A stretch of 64,000 nt of DNA from Candidatus Aenigmatarchaeota archaeon. Lineage in GTDB: Archaea > Aenigmatarchaeota > Aenigmatarchaeia > GW2011-AR5. The stretch spans positions 128,001-192,000 of the forward strand of contig JACQID010000006.1 of assembly GCA_016198685.1 (NCBI GenBank). Direction: 5' to 3'. The notes under the pieces were generated by a model. The model had not been told where the DNA came from. It made no database searches and was given only the letters and a program-made list of their open reading frames with translations. This document shows, piece after piece, positions 39,086 to 49,488 of this stretch; positions within the stretch are counted from its first letter, which is position 1; each line of letters opens with the position of its first letter. The position numbers and the translations under genes are program-made.

Positions 39086-39817
39086 TTATTTGGACAGCAT
39101 TTCTATCAATTCTTCTGCGTATATATGCGAAAGATCCGGAATAACCAATGTAGCTCCTGCGGTCTTTACGGCATCTTCAGTTGTATATGCATTGGGGACT
39201 GCAATTCTTATTCTATAGCCTGCGTGGGTCGCGTCTCTGATTCCTGACGGAGAGTCGTCTATGGCAGCAGCCTTTGAAGGGTCTATTTGTGCCCATCGTG
39301 CAGCTGCAGCATACTTATTTTCAGTTGTTCCATGGACTGACATGACATGACGAAGCTGATTCCATAACTCAATTCCCGGATACTTGAGAATGCGTTGAAC
39401 AATGTCATGGTCTTGACTTGATGCAGCACCTACAAAAATTTTGTTCCCATATCGGGCAGACAATTCCCTTACAAAATCTGCATTTCTAAAGTTAGGGGAT
39501 AACTGCCCGTAAAGGAATTTTTCTATTTCCATTTTTCGCTGTTCTTCAATAAGTTGATTTATTTCTACTTGGGTGAGTTGTTCTCCTCTATGATCGCCAA
39601 TAATTTTCGCAAGCGTTCCTATACGTTCATCCCTGGATATGCCGACCTCGTTTATCACGGTTTGAGCGTAGCCTTCTGGAACATAGCCAACCCAATGCAT
39701 GGCAAGGTCACCATAAGTCGTATTTTTCAATCCTTCAGCGTAGTGATGGACTTCATCAACGTCAGTAACAACGGAGAGTCCTTCCGGAACATATAACGCA
39801 GCAGCCATTATATCCAT
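39086..39817 (-). CDS. HAD-superfamily hydrolase
   Basis: Motif I VVTDVDEV, motif II ASS, motif IV AIDDSPSGIRDATHAG. Confidence 0.8.
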   Translation of the reverse strand: MDIMAAALYVPEGLSVVTDVDEVHHYAEGLKNTTYGDLAMHWVGYVPEGYAQTVINEVGISRDERIGTLAKIIGDHRGEQLTQVEINQLIEEQRKMEIEKFLYGQLSPNFRNADFVRELSARYGNKIFVGAASSQDHDIVQRILKYPGIELWNQLRHVMSVHGTTENKYAAAARWAQIDPSKAAAIDDSPSGIRDATHAGYRIRIAVPNAYTTEDAVKTAGATLVIPDLSHIYAEELIEMLSK

Positions 39818-40710
39818 CTATTGTGCATTTTACGATATTCATGGAGCGGTATGCTGCGCCTGTCAACGAAGCCGTTTTCTATCGGGGCAAATGCTTCGGA
39901 TAAAAGAAGTTCGTCTGGGCTTATGCCCACAAGCTTGCCTTTCTGCATCGTATAGATTTCGGAAGTCAATCTATTATTGTCCAAGCCTACAAGATAGATG
40001 CCATGGCTATGCGGGACAGCGTCCAGCATTCGTGTATTGGGATTGAATTCATCCTCGCTGTGATGAAGCGATACATCCATATTTTTGAGTTCATCGCCGC
40101 TGAAGTGATATCCATAAACAAGTTGAGCATTATTTTCTGGCAGCCAAAAGAACATTCTCGGATCATCTGCCAGTTGCTTGCCCTCGACAGTTACCGGCGA
40201 GAGAAGCCCTTCTGGCATATATTGAGATGTTGGGCTGCCCTGCAATCTGTAGTCATGGCTCTTGATTGTATCGGCAAATGGCATTCCAGTAATTTCACCG
40301 CCGAGGAAAATTCTGACAACTTTGCCGTCAGGAGTCACAGGAAGAACTTCTTCAGATAGTTCTTCTTTTGCCACATTCAAAGGATTCTGCAGATGCATCT
40401 TGGGAATATAGCCTGAAACGAGCTTCAAGACATTATCTCCAGACGGCCTTTGTTGGCGGACAAGCATAAGATAGGCATCTCGGCCTATGGCTATTGTAGT
40501 TATGACTGAAATACCCGGATACACCGGATTATTTTGGCCTGTCGTTGATGGGCGGCTAACGGGGGTTCTTCTCGATCTCATCTCCTGAAAATCAAGAGTT
40601 TCGTCAACATGCGTAAGATTTACACGATATTCTTCCCTATCCGCAAAGTATCCTGCAAATGTTCCGTCTGGGCGTTTGCTGCCAAGAGGATTTGGAAGTT
40701 CGTAGGTCAT
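39808..40710 (-). CDS. divergent Nudix-like protein
   Basis: MLVRQQR...LKLVSGYI...NVAKEELSEEV resembles a Nudix box. Confidence 0.55.
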   Translation of the reverse strand: MTYELPNPLGSKRPDGTFAGYFADREEYRVNLTHVDETLDFQEMRSRRTPVSRPSTTGQNNPVYPGISVITTIAIGRDAYLMLVRQQRPSGDNVLKLVSGYIPKMHLQNPLNVAKEELSEEVLPVTPDGKVVRIFLGGEITGMPFADTIKSHDYRLQGSPTSQYMPEGLLSPVTVEGKQLADDPRMFFWLPENNAQLVYGYHFSGDELKNMDVSLHHSEDEFNPNTRMLDAVPHSHGIYLVGLDNNRLTSEIYTMQKGKLVGISPDELLLSEAFAPIENGFVDRRSIPLHEYRKMHNRWI

Positions 40711-40740
40711 AAAAAGTATATTTTCAGAAGCTTTTTATTC

Positions 40741-43035
40741 CTAACCAAATCTTTTGAGCCCGTTAGCAAGAAGCTCTTGCTGCTTGTAGCCAAGCGTTTG
40801 TAGAATGCGGAACGCCGCTGGCAAGATTTGATTATTGATGTAATAATCGGCATCATAGTCATCCTTACCCGTCTTGTATGCAAGCTCTGCACGGTCTGAT
40901 ATGGAGCCTGCGCCCTTCTTTATAACATAGCTGAATATCGTGCCTTCTGCGGCAGCTTTTCCTTCCTCGTTAAGTTTTCGCGCGATCACGGAATGTATAT
41001 TTTTGGTTTTGTACTGGCCGGCCGAGCGGGAGAGTTGCGTGCTTATTGCTATCTCATCAATGTCGACTTGCCGGTTCTTTACCTTCTTGACAGTTGTTCT
41101 GACGGCTTCAAGCGCTTCTTTTTCCTTTCCTTCAAGGACCAATCTAATTACTTCGCGCTGGAGGCTCTTTGCAAGATCGCACCAATCGCGGCGCACGGCT
41201 TCGAGACCGCGCAGGGTTATAATTCCTTTCTCATCCATAAGCGCATAGCGCTTCTTGGCAGTGTAGCCTTCAAGTTTTTGCGGGATAAACATGCCTTTGA
41301 TGTAGAATCCTTGCAGATCCAGTTCCATTATTCCAGGGAGGCTTGCATTTATTTTTTTCAGAAAATCTTTGGCGCTTTTTTTGATGTCTTTTTCGTCAGC
41401 CAGCTTGACAAAAAGGGAGTCCGTGTCGGCGTAAATGACCAAGAACCCGTATTTTTCCGCTTCATCTATTGCCTGTTTTATGTAATGCCTGCCATAAGCA
41501 GCCGAGGATTCAGCGCACTCGTAACTGTACCATCTGGCTTTAGGATTAATGAACATGCCGTAGGTTGCATTCGCCAGTATCTTTAGACTGAACTGTTGTT
41601 CGTCCAGTTCTTTTCTATTCTTGGCATTCTTTATCTTCTTCCTTATCTTGCCTCTTTCCTCCAGTATGCTTTCCACCATTTCAGAAACGAACCCTTTCTT
41701 GTCGGCGCAAAACTTATAACGGAATCCGGGCACGTGATTGTATTTCTTGCATTTGATGTTCAGCATCTCTGGTGATATATTGAACGTGACTATGACGCTA
41801 GGATACAAGGAGCGGAAATCGAACACTCCTATGTTCGAGTGAAGCCCTTTCATAGGCTCCTTCACATAGCCGCCTTTTATCGGAACTTTCGCCCGCCTTC
41901 TTTGTATTTCAGCATAGTGGGCAGGGTTCGGGGAAATCATGTTCCTTTCCGCCGCCTTACGGATAAGATACCATTCGGACAAGGCGCCAAAAGTCATGCG
42001 TGAGCAATCGAAAGGCAATTGGCCTGAAACTCTCGATAACGTGAATATTTGCGTGAGAAGATTCTTACATAAGTCAAGCGTGAGCAGGGAATCGTTCATG
42101 CAGTAATCTTCCATCAATTTCCTCTTGTTTTTCCACATGTTTGCCAGCTCTTCCAAGGAAATGGACTCCTTGCCTCGGCCAAGAATTTCTCGTGAAACTT
42201 CGTCAAGCGTGAATACTTCAGACTGTAATTGCTGAAACATCAGGCGGCTGACAAATGCAAAAAGATCAATATGTATGCGCCCTTTTATCTTGGCCGATGA
42301 TGTCCACATGCTTTTTCTGAAATACAGAGAGCTGCCATCTCGCGAGAGCATTAGTTTTATCTTATTTGCCTGAGATCTTTGATTGAGGATGTCGAAATCA
42401 AACAAGTCTCCGTTGTAGGTGGCCACTATGTCCGGATCGCGCTCCAAAAATGTCCTACTTATTTTTTCGAGCACAGCCTTTTCATCTTCGGATGAAAAGA
42501 CTTCTCTGTAGCCTATGTTATCCGCGGCGCTGAACATCACTATTCTGCCGTCTATGACTTCGATATCCAGTGCCATAATCTTGGGCTGCCCAAGGATCCC
42601 GTTCTTCGTTTTCTTGATACGTTCAGCTTCGATAACCGTTGCGAAGCCTTCCCCTTTGCGTGACGGACCCTTGATGTCCAGCCATTCAAGAGGATAGATT
42701 CCCTTGTCGATCAGGTAGCGTTTGTAAAGATTCAAAGAATATTCAAAACATTCGGTCCTGTCTTTTATCATCTCTCTTACTTCTGCCGGACGCTCGCAGT
42801 AAATCTTATAGAAAGACTTTTCCCTTCCGTTAATGATTTTTTTTGTCAGCTCGGTTCGTTTTATTTCTTTTATTTTTTCCAGTTCCGCCTTGAGACCCTT
42901 CTTGCAAAAGGCATAGAAATATGGCTCTATACTGTCCAGAACCATTACGGAATTTCCTTTGTCGTCTGTACCAAAAAGACGGACGTTTGGCTTCTCACTT
43001 GACGAATAATCTGCATCGAAAAGGCAAAACTTCAT
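40741..43035 (-). CDS. polB: family B DNA polymerase
   Basis: Exo motifs LDIE, YNGDLFDF, YCMND; polymerase motifs DFRSLYPS, KILANATYG, YADTDS, KKRY. Confidence 0.97.
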   Translation of the reverse strand: MKFCLFDADYSSSEKPNVRLFGTDDKGNSVMVLDSIEPYFYAFCKKGLKAELEKIKEIKRTELTKKIINGREKSFYKIYCERPAEVREMIKDRTECFEYSLNLYKRYLIDKGIYPLEWLDIKGPSRKGEGFATVIEAERIKKTKNGILGQPKIMALDIEVIDGRIVMFSAADNIGYREVFSSEDEKAVLEKISRTFLERDPDIVATYNGDLFDFDILNQRSQANKIKLMLSRDGSSLYFRKSMWTSSAKIKGRIHIDLFAFVSRLMFQQLQSEVFTLDEVSREILGRGKESISLEELANMWKNKRKLMEDYCMNDSLLTLDLCKNLLTQIFTLSRVSGQLPFDCSRMTFGALSEWYLIRKAAERNMISPNPAHYAEIQRRRAKVPIKGGYVKEPMKGLHSNIGVFDFRSLYPSVIVTFNISPEMLNIKCKKYNHVPGFRYKFCADKKGFVSEMVESILEERGKIRKKIKNAKNRKELDEQQFSLKILANATYGMFINPKARWYSYECAESSAAYGRHYIKQAIDEAEKYGFLVIYADTDSLFVKLADEKDIKKSAKDFLKKINASLPGIMELDLQGFYIKGMFIPQKLEGYTAKKRYALMDEKGIITLRGLEAVRRDWCDLAKSLQREVIRLVLEGKEKEALEAVRTTVKKVKNRQVDIDEIAISTQLSRSAGQYKTKNIHSVIARKLNEEGKAAAEGTIFSYVIKKGAGSISDRAELAYKTGKDDYDADYYINNQILPAAFRILQTLGYKQQELLANGLKRFG

Positions 43036-43065
43036 GATTATGTTTCGTTTAGGATGGTAAAAAGG

Positions 43066-45834
43066 TTAGCGCCAGTATTTACTTGTTCTTACGAACGTTT
43101 TTTCTGCTTCGAGCACATCCTTGTATAAACCGCTTCGTTTGACATGAAGCCTTGCGAGTATGCGTGCTGCTGTTTCCGGCCCAACGCCGCGGCCGGCCAT
43201 AGCTTCAACTGCCTTCTTTCCGTAAACTATCACGAGGTCGGCCGTGCGGCGTAGGCGGGCGAACTCCTTCATTTCCTCCTCTGTCATTTCTTTTCGTGTC
43301 TTCTTTTTCTTAATCAGTGCCTGCGCATCGGTGTTGTTCTTATGAGTCACGGCGATCAAATGCGCCCCGCATTTTGGGCATTCAGGCTGTTTTTCCACGT
43401 CTCTTACAGACGTTTCTATGGAATAATCATAGCAATTCATGCACAGAAGCCTTACTCGGGTTCCAAGAAGCCTGCGCTTGAAGATTTTTTCTATTTCTTC
43501 TGCAGGGAGTGCGGGCTTCATTATTTCCGAGAACTGATGAACAAGGCCCAGCTCCCCGAGATGCGACAGCCCTTCGCGCAGGACAAGCTTGATGCGTCCC
43601 TCTTGAATCGCGAGTATCTGGCGCTCTGCTCCTGCGATATCCATCTTCTCGAGGAAAAGCTCATTCATGGCCTCTTTGTATATGGGGGATTCTGCATATG
43701 CCGCTATGAGTTTATTGAGATGTATGCGCTGGAAATCGGCGCGCTTGGTTACTGCCCCGAAACGTTTGGCGACATGCAGGAAGCGCCACTTGAACATCGA
43801 GCTTCGTTCCAGCTCGCTGCGCAGGACAGGTTCTATCTCAACCGCTTTTTCAAGCAATTGTTTGACCTTCTCTTTTGTCCATGCCGCTTGAAGCATTATG
43901 CGGTAAGGGTCTGTCTTGATATTAACAGATATTCCGGTTTCTCTGCTTATTGTCGCTGCAAGATAGCGGCCTATCGTGTCGTTGATGAGAGAGCCGGATG
44001 CAGAGTGTATGATGACAAAGTCCTTGTAGCTTTCTATGAGGAAGTTCTCGTGGTCAGGCACGAAATCCTGCCTGGATATTATTTCCTTCATCTTCTTTGC
44101 TGCCTCGTAGTCGGTTCTGCATTTCTTCATGATTTCATTCTCATCATGCGACTTGACAAAAGAACGCAATCGACCGACATCCTGCGCAACTTCGAAAGGC
44201 ACGGGGATAAGTTCGCCTTCCCATGCAGGAATGGCGCTTTCTATGTCCTGTATCGGCTCCACTACAACCCGGTCTTTTTCCACCTGCACGACTTTCCACG
44301 CCCGGCCTGAACATATGAATTTCTCTCCGGGAAGCCCGTGTTCCGCTACGAATTCCTCATCCAACGAACCTATGGGTTCGTTGCCGATGATTGAAACTAC
44401 CCGGTATTGCCTTGTGTCCGGAATCGTTGAAAGATTTGTAAAATAGTAATTCCATGCCTTCATTCTTCTTTTTATTACAAGGTCCGCAGGCGTTTCGTTT
44501 ATCCATATCATCCTGAGGCTTTCCATGAAACGGACAACTTCTGTGAATTCTCTTTCAGTGAGATTCCTGTAAGGATAACTTCTTTTTACTAGGGAATACA
44601 TCTTGGACAGAGGCGTTTCATATTCGTCCATTGTCATGCCGATTATCTGGTTGCCGAGTACGTCCAGCGCCATCTCATGAAGCTTTATCCCTTCGAGCCT
44701 TTTTTCTGCGGCAAATTTGCCTACTATGGCAGATTCAAAAAGATCCTCATCGCCGGACATTATGATGCCCTTGCTTATGCGATTTATGTTATGCCCGCTT
44801 CTGCCTACACGTTGGATAAGGCGTGCTACTTGACGAGGCGACATATACTGGACTACCAGATCAACTGCACCGATGTCTATGCCGAGCTCAAGCGAGGAAG
44901 TCGCAATGAGGCTTTTCAGTTCTTCCTTCTTGAATGCGATTTCGCTTTTTATTCTGCTTTCCTTGGAGAGCGAGCCGTGGTGCACAGCGTGCTTGAGTTC
45001 CTTGTCAAGGGTAGCGAGCCTTGACGAAAGTACCTCGGCGGTTTCCCTTGTATTTGTGAATATGATGACGCTCTTGTGGGACGTTATAAGTTCCCGCAGC
45101 CTTCTTAAGCGCGCTGTAGTTTCGGGTCCTATAGCAAGCTCCTCAGATAATTCCATGTCCTCTTTTTTTGGATTTGCGAATTCAACGCTTATGTCATATT
45201 GTTTGTCGGCATCGGCCCGAATTATGATCGTTTTGGGCCCTATAAACTCCGCCACAAGTTCGGGGGAACCTATAGTTGCAGAGAGCCCTATTCTCTGGAA
45301 CCCGGAAGAAAGTTCCCGTAATCTTTCCAAGCCTAATGCAAGTTGGATTCCTCGTTTGCTCCCGACGAGTTCGTGTATTTCATCAATAACGACATAACGT
45401 ACATTTTTCATATGTTCTCGGAATTTTTTTCCAGTAAGCACGGCCTGGAGCGACTCGGGAGTGGTTATCAAAATTTTTGGGGGCATATCGCGTTGTGACG
45501 TCCTTTCCCTTGCAGGCGTGTCTCCATGCCGGACTGCTATTTCAACGTCCAGCTTGTCTCCCCATGAAAATAACCTGTCAAGAAGGTCTCGATTGAGGCT
45601 TCTCAATGGCGTTATGTAAAGAGCTGCAACAGGCGGCAGCTCCTTCTGGCTTATCATGTCAAGAAGAGGCAGAAATACCGTCTCGGTTTTGCCCATGCCG
45701 GTCGGGCTGATTATAAGGACATCGCTTCCTTTCAATATTTCAGGTATCCCCATCTTCTGGGGCAGCGTAGGCTCAATGAAACCTTTCTCTTTGATGAGTT
45801 TCTGCATCTTTGCGGAAAATAAGTTGAAGGGCAT
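43066..45834 (-). CDS. lhr: Lhr-family ATP-dependent helicase
   Basis: PTGMGKT, ITTPESL, IDEIHEL, SSLELGIDIG, QRVGRSGH; C-terminal CxxC..CPKC. Confidence 0.96.
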   Translation of the reverse strand: MPFNLFSAKMQKLIKEKGFIEPTLPQKMGIPEILKGSDVLIISPTGMGKTETVFLPLLDMISQKELPPVAALYITPLRSLNRDLLDRLFSWGDKLDVEIAVRHGDTPARERTSQRDMPPKILITTPESLQAVLTGKKFREHMKNVRYVVIDEIHELVGSKRGIQLALGLERLRELSSGFQRIGLSATIGSPELVAEFIGPKTIIIRADADKQYDISVEFANPKKEDMELSEELAIGPETTARLRRLRELITSHKSVIIFTNTRETAEVLSSRLATLDKELKHAVHHGSLSKESRIKSEIAFKKEELKSLIATSSLELGIDIGAVDLVVQYMSPRQVARLIQRVGRSGHNINRISKGIIMSGDEDLFESAIVGKFAAEKRLEGIKLHEMALDVLGNQIIGMTMDEYETPLSKMYSLVKRSYPYRNLTEREFTEVVRFMESLRMIWINETPADLVIKRRMKAWNYYFTNLSTIPDTRQYRVVSIIGNEPIGSLDEEFVAEHGLPGEKFICSGRAWKVVQVEKDRVVVEPIQDIESAIPAWEGELIPVPFEVAQDVGRLRSFVKSHDENEIMKKCRTDYEAAKKMKEIISRQDFVPDHENFLIESYKDFVIIHSASGSLINDTIGRYLAATISRETGISVNIKTDPYRIMLQAAWTKEKVKQLLEKAVEIEPVLRSELERSSMFKWRFLHVAKRFGAVTKRADFQRIHLNKLIAAYAESPIYKEAMNELFLEKMDIAGAERQILAIQEGRIKLVLREGLSHLGELGLVHQFSEIMKPALPAEEIEKIFKRRLLGTRVRLLCMNCYDYSIETSVRDVEKQPECPKCGAHLIAVTHKNNTDAQALIKKKKTRKEMTEEEMKEFARLRRTADLVIVYGKKAVEAMAGRGVGPETAARILARLHVKRSGLYKDVLEAEKTFVRTSKYWR

Positions 45835-45900
45835 AGTAATCTCTGGATATAATATAGGCGATAAAGATTAAAGCGGGACGCGGCAATGGCAATAAATGCG

Positions 45901-46602
45901 TTATTTGATCGCCAAATCGCGTATTGGCCCAAGGTCAGTGCCGTCCAAAAGCACGGCTCTTGCATCGTGAATATGCCTTGCTATCGGACCCATGAACTGT
46001 TTTGTTTCGTTGACCGGCTCCTTGCCCGACAGTTCGTTGAATGCTGGCATTATTATAAGGTCGTGAGTTTTCTCAAGTTTCACTTTGCCAAGAATCCACG
46101 CGGGTTCCACATAAATTGCCCCGAACCGGTCGCGGAATTTCACCCCCGGATGATTATGCCCCATCACTATCGTGCGTTTCTTCGTTGCAATATTTCGGTG
46201 ACCATGAGTAAAAATATAATCATCTACGGAGAAAGACTTTTTCACTCTGACACGCTCCTTATCCTCTATGAGCGTTTCTATACGTCCGTCATGGTTCCCT
46301 TTCGTTATGATTATTTTCTCAAAATCAAGCTTCCTCAATATTTCCGGAACCTCGCGCTGTTCGGCATAGGAAATCCATGGAATACTGTGCTTGAAATCCC
46401 CTGCAACTATCAAATTTTTCGTATTGGTCTGTTTTTTTAATTCATTGAGTTTCGCGGAAAGCCTGCTTATTTGTGATGGAAGCGAAACGCCGGCCTTGGC
46501 AATCTCTCTGCTTATGCCAATGTGAAGATCCGTTATCACGAGATATTCACCGACAAACAATGCCGGCTCGTTATATACGAACATAAACCTAAGTTTTTTC
46601 AT
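45901..46602 (-). CDS. metallophosphoesterase (Lhr-associated type)
   Basis: TDLHIG, AGDFKH, KGNHD, THGH, MGHNHP, MPAFN. Confidence 0.9.
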   Translation of the reverse strand: MKKLRFMFVYNEPALFVGEYLVITDLHIGISREIAKAGVSLPSQISRLSAKLNELKKQTNTKNLIVAGDFKHSIPWISYAEQREVPEILRKLDFEKIIITKGNHDGRIETLIEDKERVRVKKSFSVDDYIFTHGHRNIATKKRTIVMGHNHPGVKFRDRFGAIYVEPAWILGKVKLEKTHDLIIMPAFNELSGKEPVNETKQFMGPIARHIHDARAVLLDGTDLGPIRDLAIK

Positions 46603-46683
46603 TTCATTTAAGCAGTAGAATATTAAATATTTTATTTAATAATCATATAAATCTTTTAATAATAGTGAAAGCGATATAACAGC

Positions 46684-47094
46684 ATGGGAAAAGCAACTCT
46701 CGGCATGGCTGCAGTCTTTTTGATGCTGCCTTTTGCATATGCCCTCCAGCTTGATGTAGGCAGCGTTGAGATAACTCCTGGCGGAATTGTGGAAAAAGTA
46801 ATATCGCAATTCCCGTACGGAGGAATAAAGGGAACTGCCAAGGCCCCTGTCGGAGGCACGGATCTCATACCGGACTCTGTGTGGCTGCTGCCGGGCAATT
46901 ATACAATGGAGCAATTCAAGTATATTGAGTTGCTTTCGTTGCCGTCGGCCCTTAACCTCACAGGCAACTGCAAAACTTCCGTTTACTACAACGATACCGC
47001 CAGCGTGCACGCATACAAAGTAAGCGTCAAAGAAGACGGAAGCTACTGCCTTGCCGCGACAGAAGGGACATACAGGGTAGTGGTGGAGTATTGA
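46684..47094 (+). CDS. secreted hypothetical protein
   Basis: Signal peptide MGKATLGMAAVFLMLPFAYA. Confidence 0.7.
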   Translation: MGKATLGMAAVFLMLPFAYALQLDVGSVEITPGGIVEKVISQFPYGGIKGTAKAPVGGTDLIPDSVWLLPGNYTMEQFKYIELLSLPSALNLTGNCKTSVYYNDTASVHAYKVSVKEDGSYCLAATEGTYRVVVEY

Positions 47095-47234
47095 ACCTCA
47101 AAGCCGCGTTTCTTTTGGCCCTACTGGCCCTCGTTTTATTTTATCTGCAGCCCACAGGACATGTAGTATTTGGATCGCATGAATCTGGCATGGTCACAAT
47201 AGAAGCCGGGAAAATAATAATCGTTAATTTGTAA
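47091..47234 (+). CDS. small membrane-anchored protein (47 aa)
   Basis: TTG start overlapping the upstream stop; MNLKAAFLLALLALVLFYLQPTGHVVF.... Confidence 0.45.
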   Translation: MNLKAAFLLALLALVLFYLQPTGHVVFGSHESGMVTIEAGKIIIVNL

Positions 47235-47236
47235 TT

Positions 47237-47788
47237 TTATGAAAATGTCTTCAGTATATCTGCTCGCGTGATAATGCCTTCTGTATGACCCTTGCTTGCT
47301 ACGAGCAGGCAGGAACTATATTCAAGCATGGCAGTCAGCATACCAACATCTGCATCCGGTCCTATGGTCGGAGGGGCTTCGGACATGACGTCATTGACGC
47401 TCATGCGGTTCGGATCATTGCCTATGGATGACGCAATATCCTTCTCGCTTATCAATCCTATGACTTTGCCGTTTTCCAGAACCGGAAGCTGGGAAATACC
47501 CCTTCTTTTCATGATTCTTGCCGCATGCGATACCGTTTCAGATGGGGAGATAAAAATTATTTTTTTTGACATAATATCCATGGCATGGAAAGCGCCTGAG
47601 CTTTTCTTTGATGATTCAAGCGCCGAGAATATTTTTTCGGCCTTTGAAAAGGACGGATCGGTTTTGCCAGTTTCAATTCTGGCAATAAGCGGCTGGCTTA
47701 TGCCGCTTACTTCAGAAAGCTTCTGCTGCGTCATGCCGAGGCTTTTTCGTATTCTTCGAATGTCCGCCAGCTTAATATTTTTATGCAT
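47237..47788 (-). CDS. XRE-HTH plus CBS-pair transcriptional regulator
   Basis: IRRIRKSLGMTQQKLSEVSGISQPLIARIETGKTDPS followed by two CBS motifs (ISQLPV, GIITRAD). Confidence 0.93.
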   Translation of the reverse strand: MHKNIKLADIRRIRKSLGMTQQKLSEVSGISQPLIARIETGKTDPSFSKAEKIFSALESSKKSSGAFHAMDIMSKKIIFISPSETVSHAARIMKRRGISQLPVLENGKVIGLISEKDIASSIGNDPNRMSVNDVMSEAPPTIGPDADVGMLTAMLEYSSCLLVASKGHTEGIITRADILKTFS

Positions 47789-47840
47789 TTTAGCATATTC
47801 TTTCTGATAAATATAAATAAAGAATATGCCATAAAGACAA

Positions 47841-48980
47841 ATGGAAAAGAACTATTTTACTTCCGAATCGGTAACCGAAGGCCACCCGGACAAGTTGTGT
47901 GACCAGGTATCCGACGCAATACTTGACGAAGCATTGCGACAGGATCCTGAGAGCAGGGTGGCCATAGAAACGGGCGCCAAGAACGGCGGTATAACGGTTT
48001 TCGGTGAAATGACTACGCGTGGTTACATAGACGTTTCTCGTGTAGCACGAGAAGTAATACGCAAAATCGGATATACCAAATCCGAATATGGCATAGAATG
48101 GGAAACCTGCTCAGTATGGACCCAGATAACTGAGCAGTCTCCAAACATTGCCCAGGGTGTTGACCAGAAGGAACAAGGCGCCGGGGATCAGGGAATGATG
48201 TTTGGCTATGCATGCCGCGAGACAGATGAATTGATGCCTTTGCCGATAACGTTAGCGCATAAGTTAACCATGCGCCTTGCCGAAGCAAGGAAGAAGGGCG
48301 AGATATCATACTTAAGGCCTGACGGGAAGTCGCAGGTAACAATAGAATACGTTGACGGGCTTCCGAAAAGAGCCGATGCAATAGTAATTTCAACGCAGCA
48401 CGATGATGGAGTGCCGTATGAAAATATAAAGGCAGACATACTGGAGAAGGTCATAAAACCCGTTTGCGGAAAATGGATGGACAACAGCACAAAAATATTT
48501 ATAAATCCTACAGGCAGTTTTGTTCGCGGCGGACCCTACGCTGATGCAGGCCTGACAGGCAGGAAAATAATAGTCGATACATACGGTGGCATGGGCCGAC
48601 ACGGAGGAGGCTGCTTCTCCGGAAAAGACCCTTCAAAAGTCGACAGGTCCGCGGCATATGCTGCCCGTTACGTGGCGAAGAATGTTGTCGCGGCAGGTCT
48701 TGCAGACAAGTGCGAAATCCAGATTGCTTATGCCATAGGAGTTGCCGAACCAGTTTCCGTCTTTGTTGACTGTTTCGGGACAGAAAAAATCAGCAAGGAA
48801 AAAATCTCGGAACTCGTTAGAAAGCATTTCCCCCTCAAACCGGCTCAAATAATATCTTCATTCGGCCTGAAAACCCCTATATACCTCAAAACCGCGGCTT
48901 ATGGTCATTTTGGAAGGCCGGAATTCCCGTGGGAAAAAACAGACAAGGCCGAAATTCTTAGGAAAGAGACAGGCATTTAG
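47841..48980 (+). CDS. metK: S-adenosylmethionine synthetase, bacterial/eukaryotic type
   Basis: [66 protein letters not shown]. Confidence 0.98.
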   Translation: MEKNYFTSESVTEGHPDKLCDQVSDAILDEALRQDPESRVAIETGAKNGGITVFGEMTTRGYIDVSRVAREVIRKIGYTKSEYGIEWETCSVWTQITEQSPNIAQGVDQKEQGAGDQGMMFGYACRETDELMPLPITLAHKLTMRLAEARKKGEISYLRPDGKSQVTIEYVDGLPKRADAIVISTQHDDGVPYENIKADILEKVIKPVCGKWMDNSTKIFINPTGSFVRGGPYADAGLTGRKIIVDTYGGMGRHGGGCFSGKDPSKVDRSAAYAARYVAKNVVAAGLADKCEIQIAYAIGVAEPVSVFVDCFGTEKISKEKISELVRKHFPLKPAQIISSFGLKTPIYLKTAAYGHFGRPEFPWEKTDKAEILRKETGI

Positions 48981-49029
48981 TCTTTGCCAATATTTAGCTA
49001 TTTATATTGTCCTTGCTAAAGATGTACTT

Positions 49030-49488
49030 ATGAAAGGAATTACGCCTGTCATCTCCACAATATTGCTGCTCCTCATAACCGTTTCTCTTATTGGCGCCGT
49101 ATACATGTTCTTTATAAGTCAGACAGAGTTGACGACAAAGGGCGTAGAAGAAGGGACGCAGAATACGCTTAACGCGCTTAACACCAAAATAAGAATCGTT
49201 TTCGTGGAGCCAGGTTCTTCTGGCGAACCCTTAAAAATATACGTCCGAAACACAGGTACAGTTACTATCAGGGACTCTGATACAACCGCTCCGTCACTTG
49301 ACAGAATACTCACTGTCTTTGTCGACGGCGTGCCTAAAGACGGGAGCTGGCTAGATTCGAGTGGCAGTTCGGAGACCAACGAGATAACCGTGGGAAGCAC
49401 GGTGCTTTTCCAGACCGATGAAGACATAGATTCCTGCGAGGCAGTCAAGATAGATACGCCAGGGCAGTCCGCAGCAGCAACGTGCTGA
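49030..49488 (+). CDS. archaeal type IV pilin/archaellin-like protein
   Basis: Class III signal peptide MKG|ITPVISTILLLLITVSLIGAVYMF. Confidence 0.85.
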   Translation: MKGITPVISTILLLLITVSLIGAVYMFFISQTELTTKGVEEGTQNTLNALNTKIRIVFVEPGSSGEPLKIYVRNTGTVTIRDSDTTAPSLDRILTVFVDGVPKDGSWLDSSGSSETNEITVGSTVLFQTDEDIDSCEAVKIDTPGQSAAATC

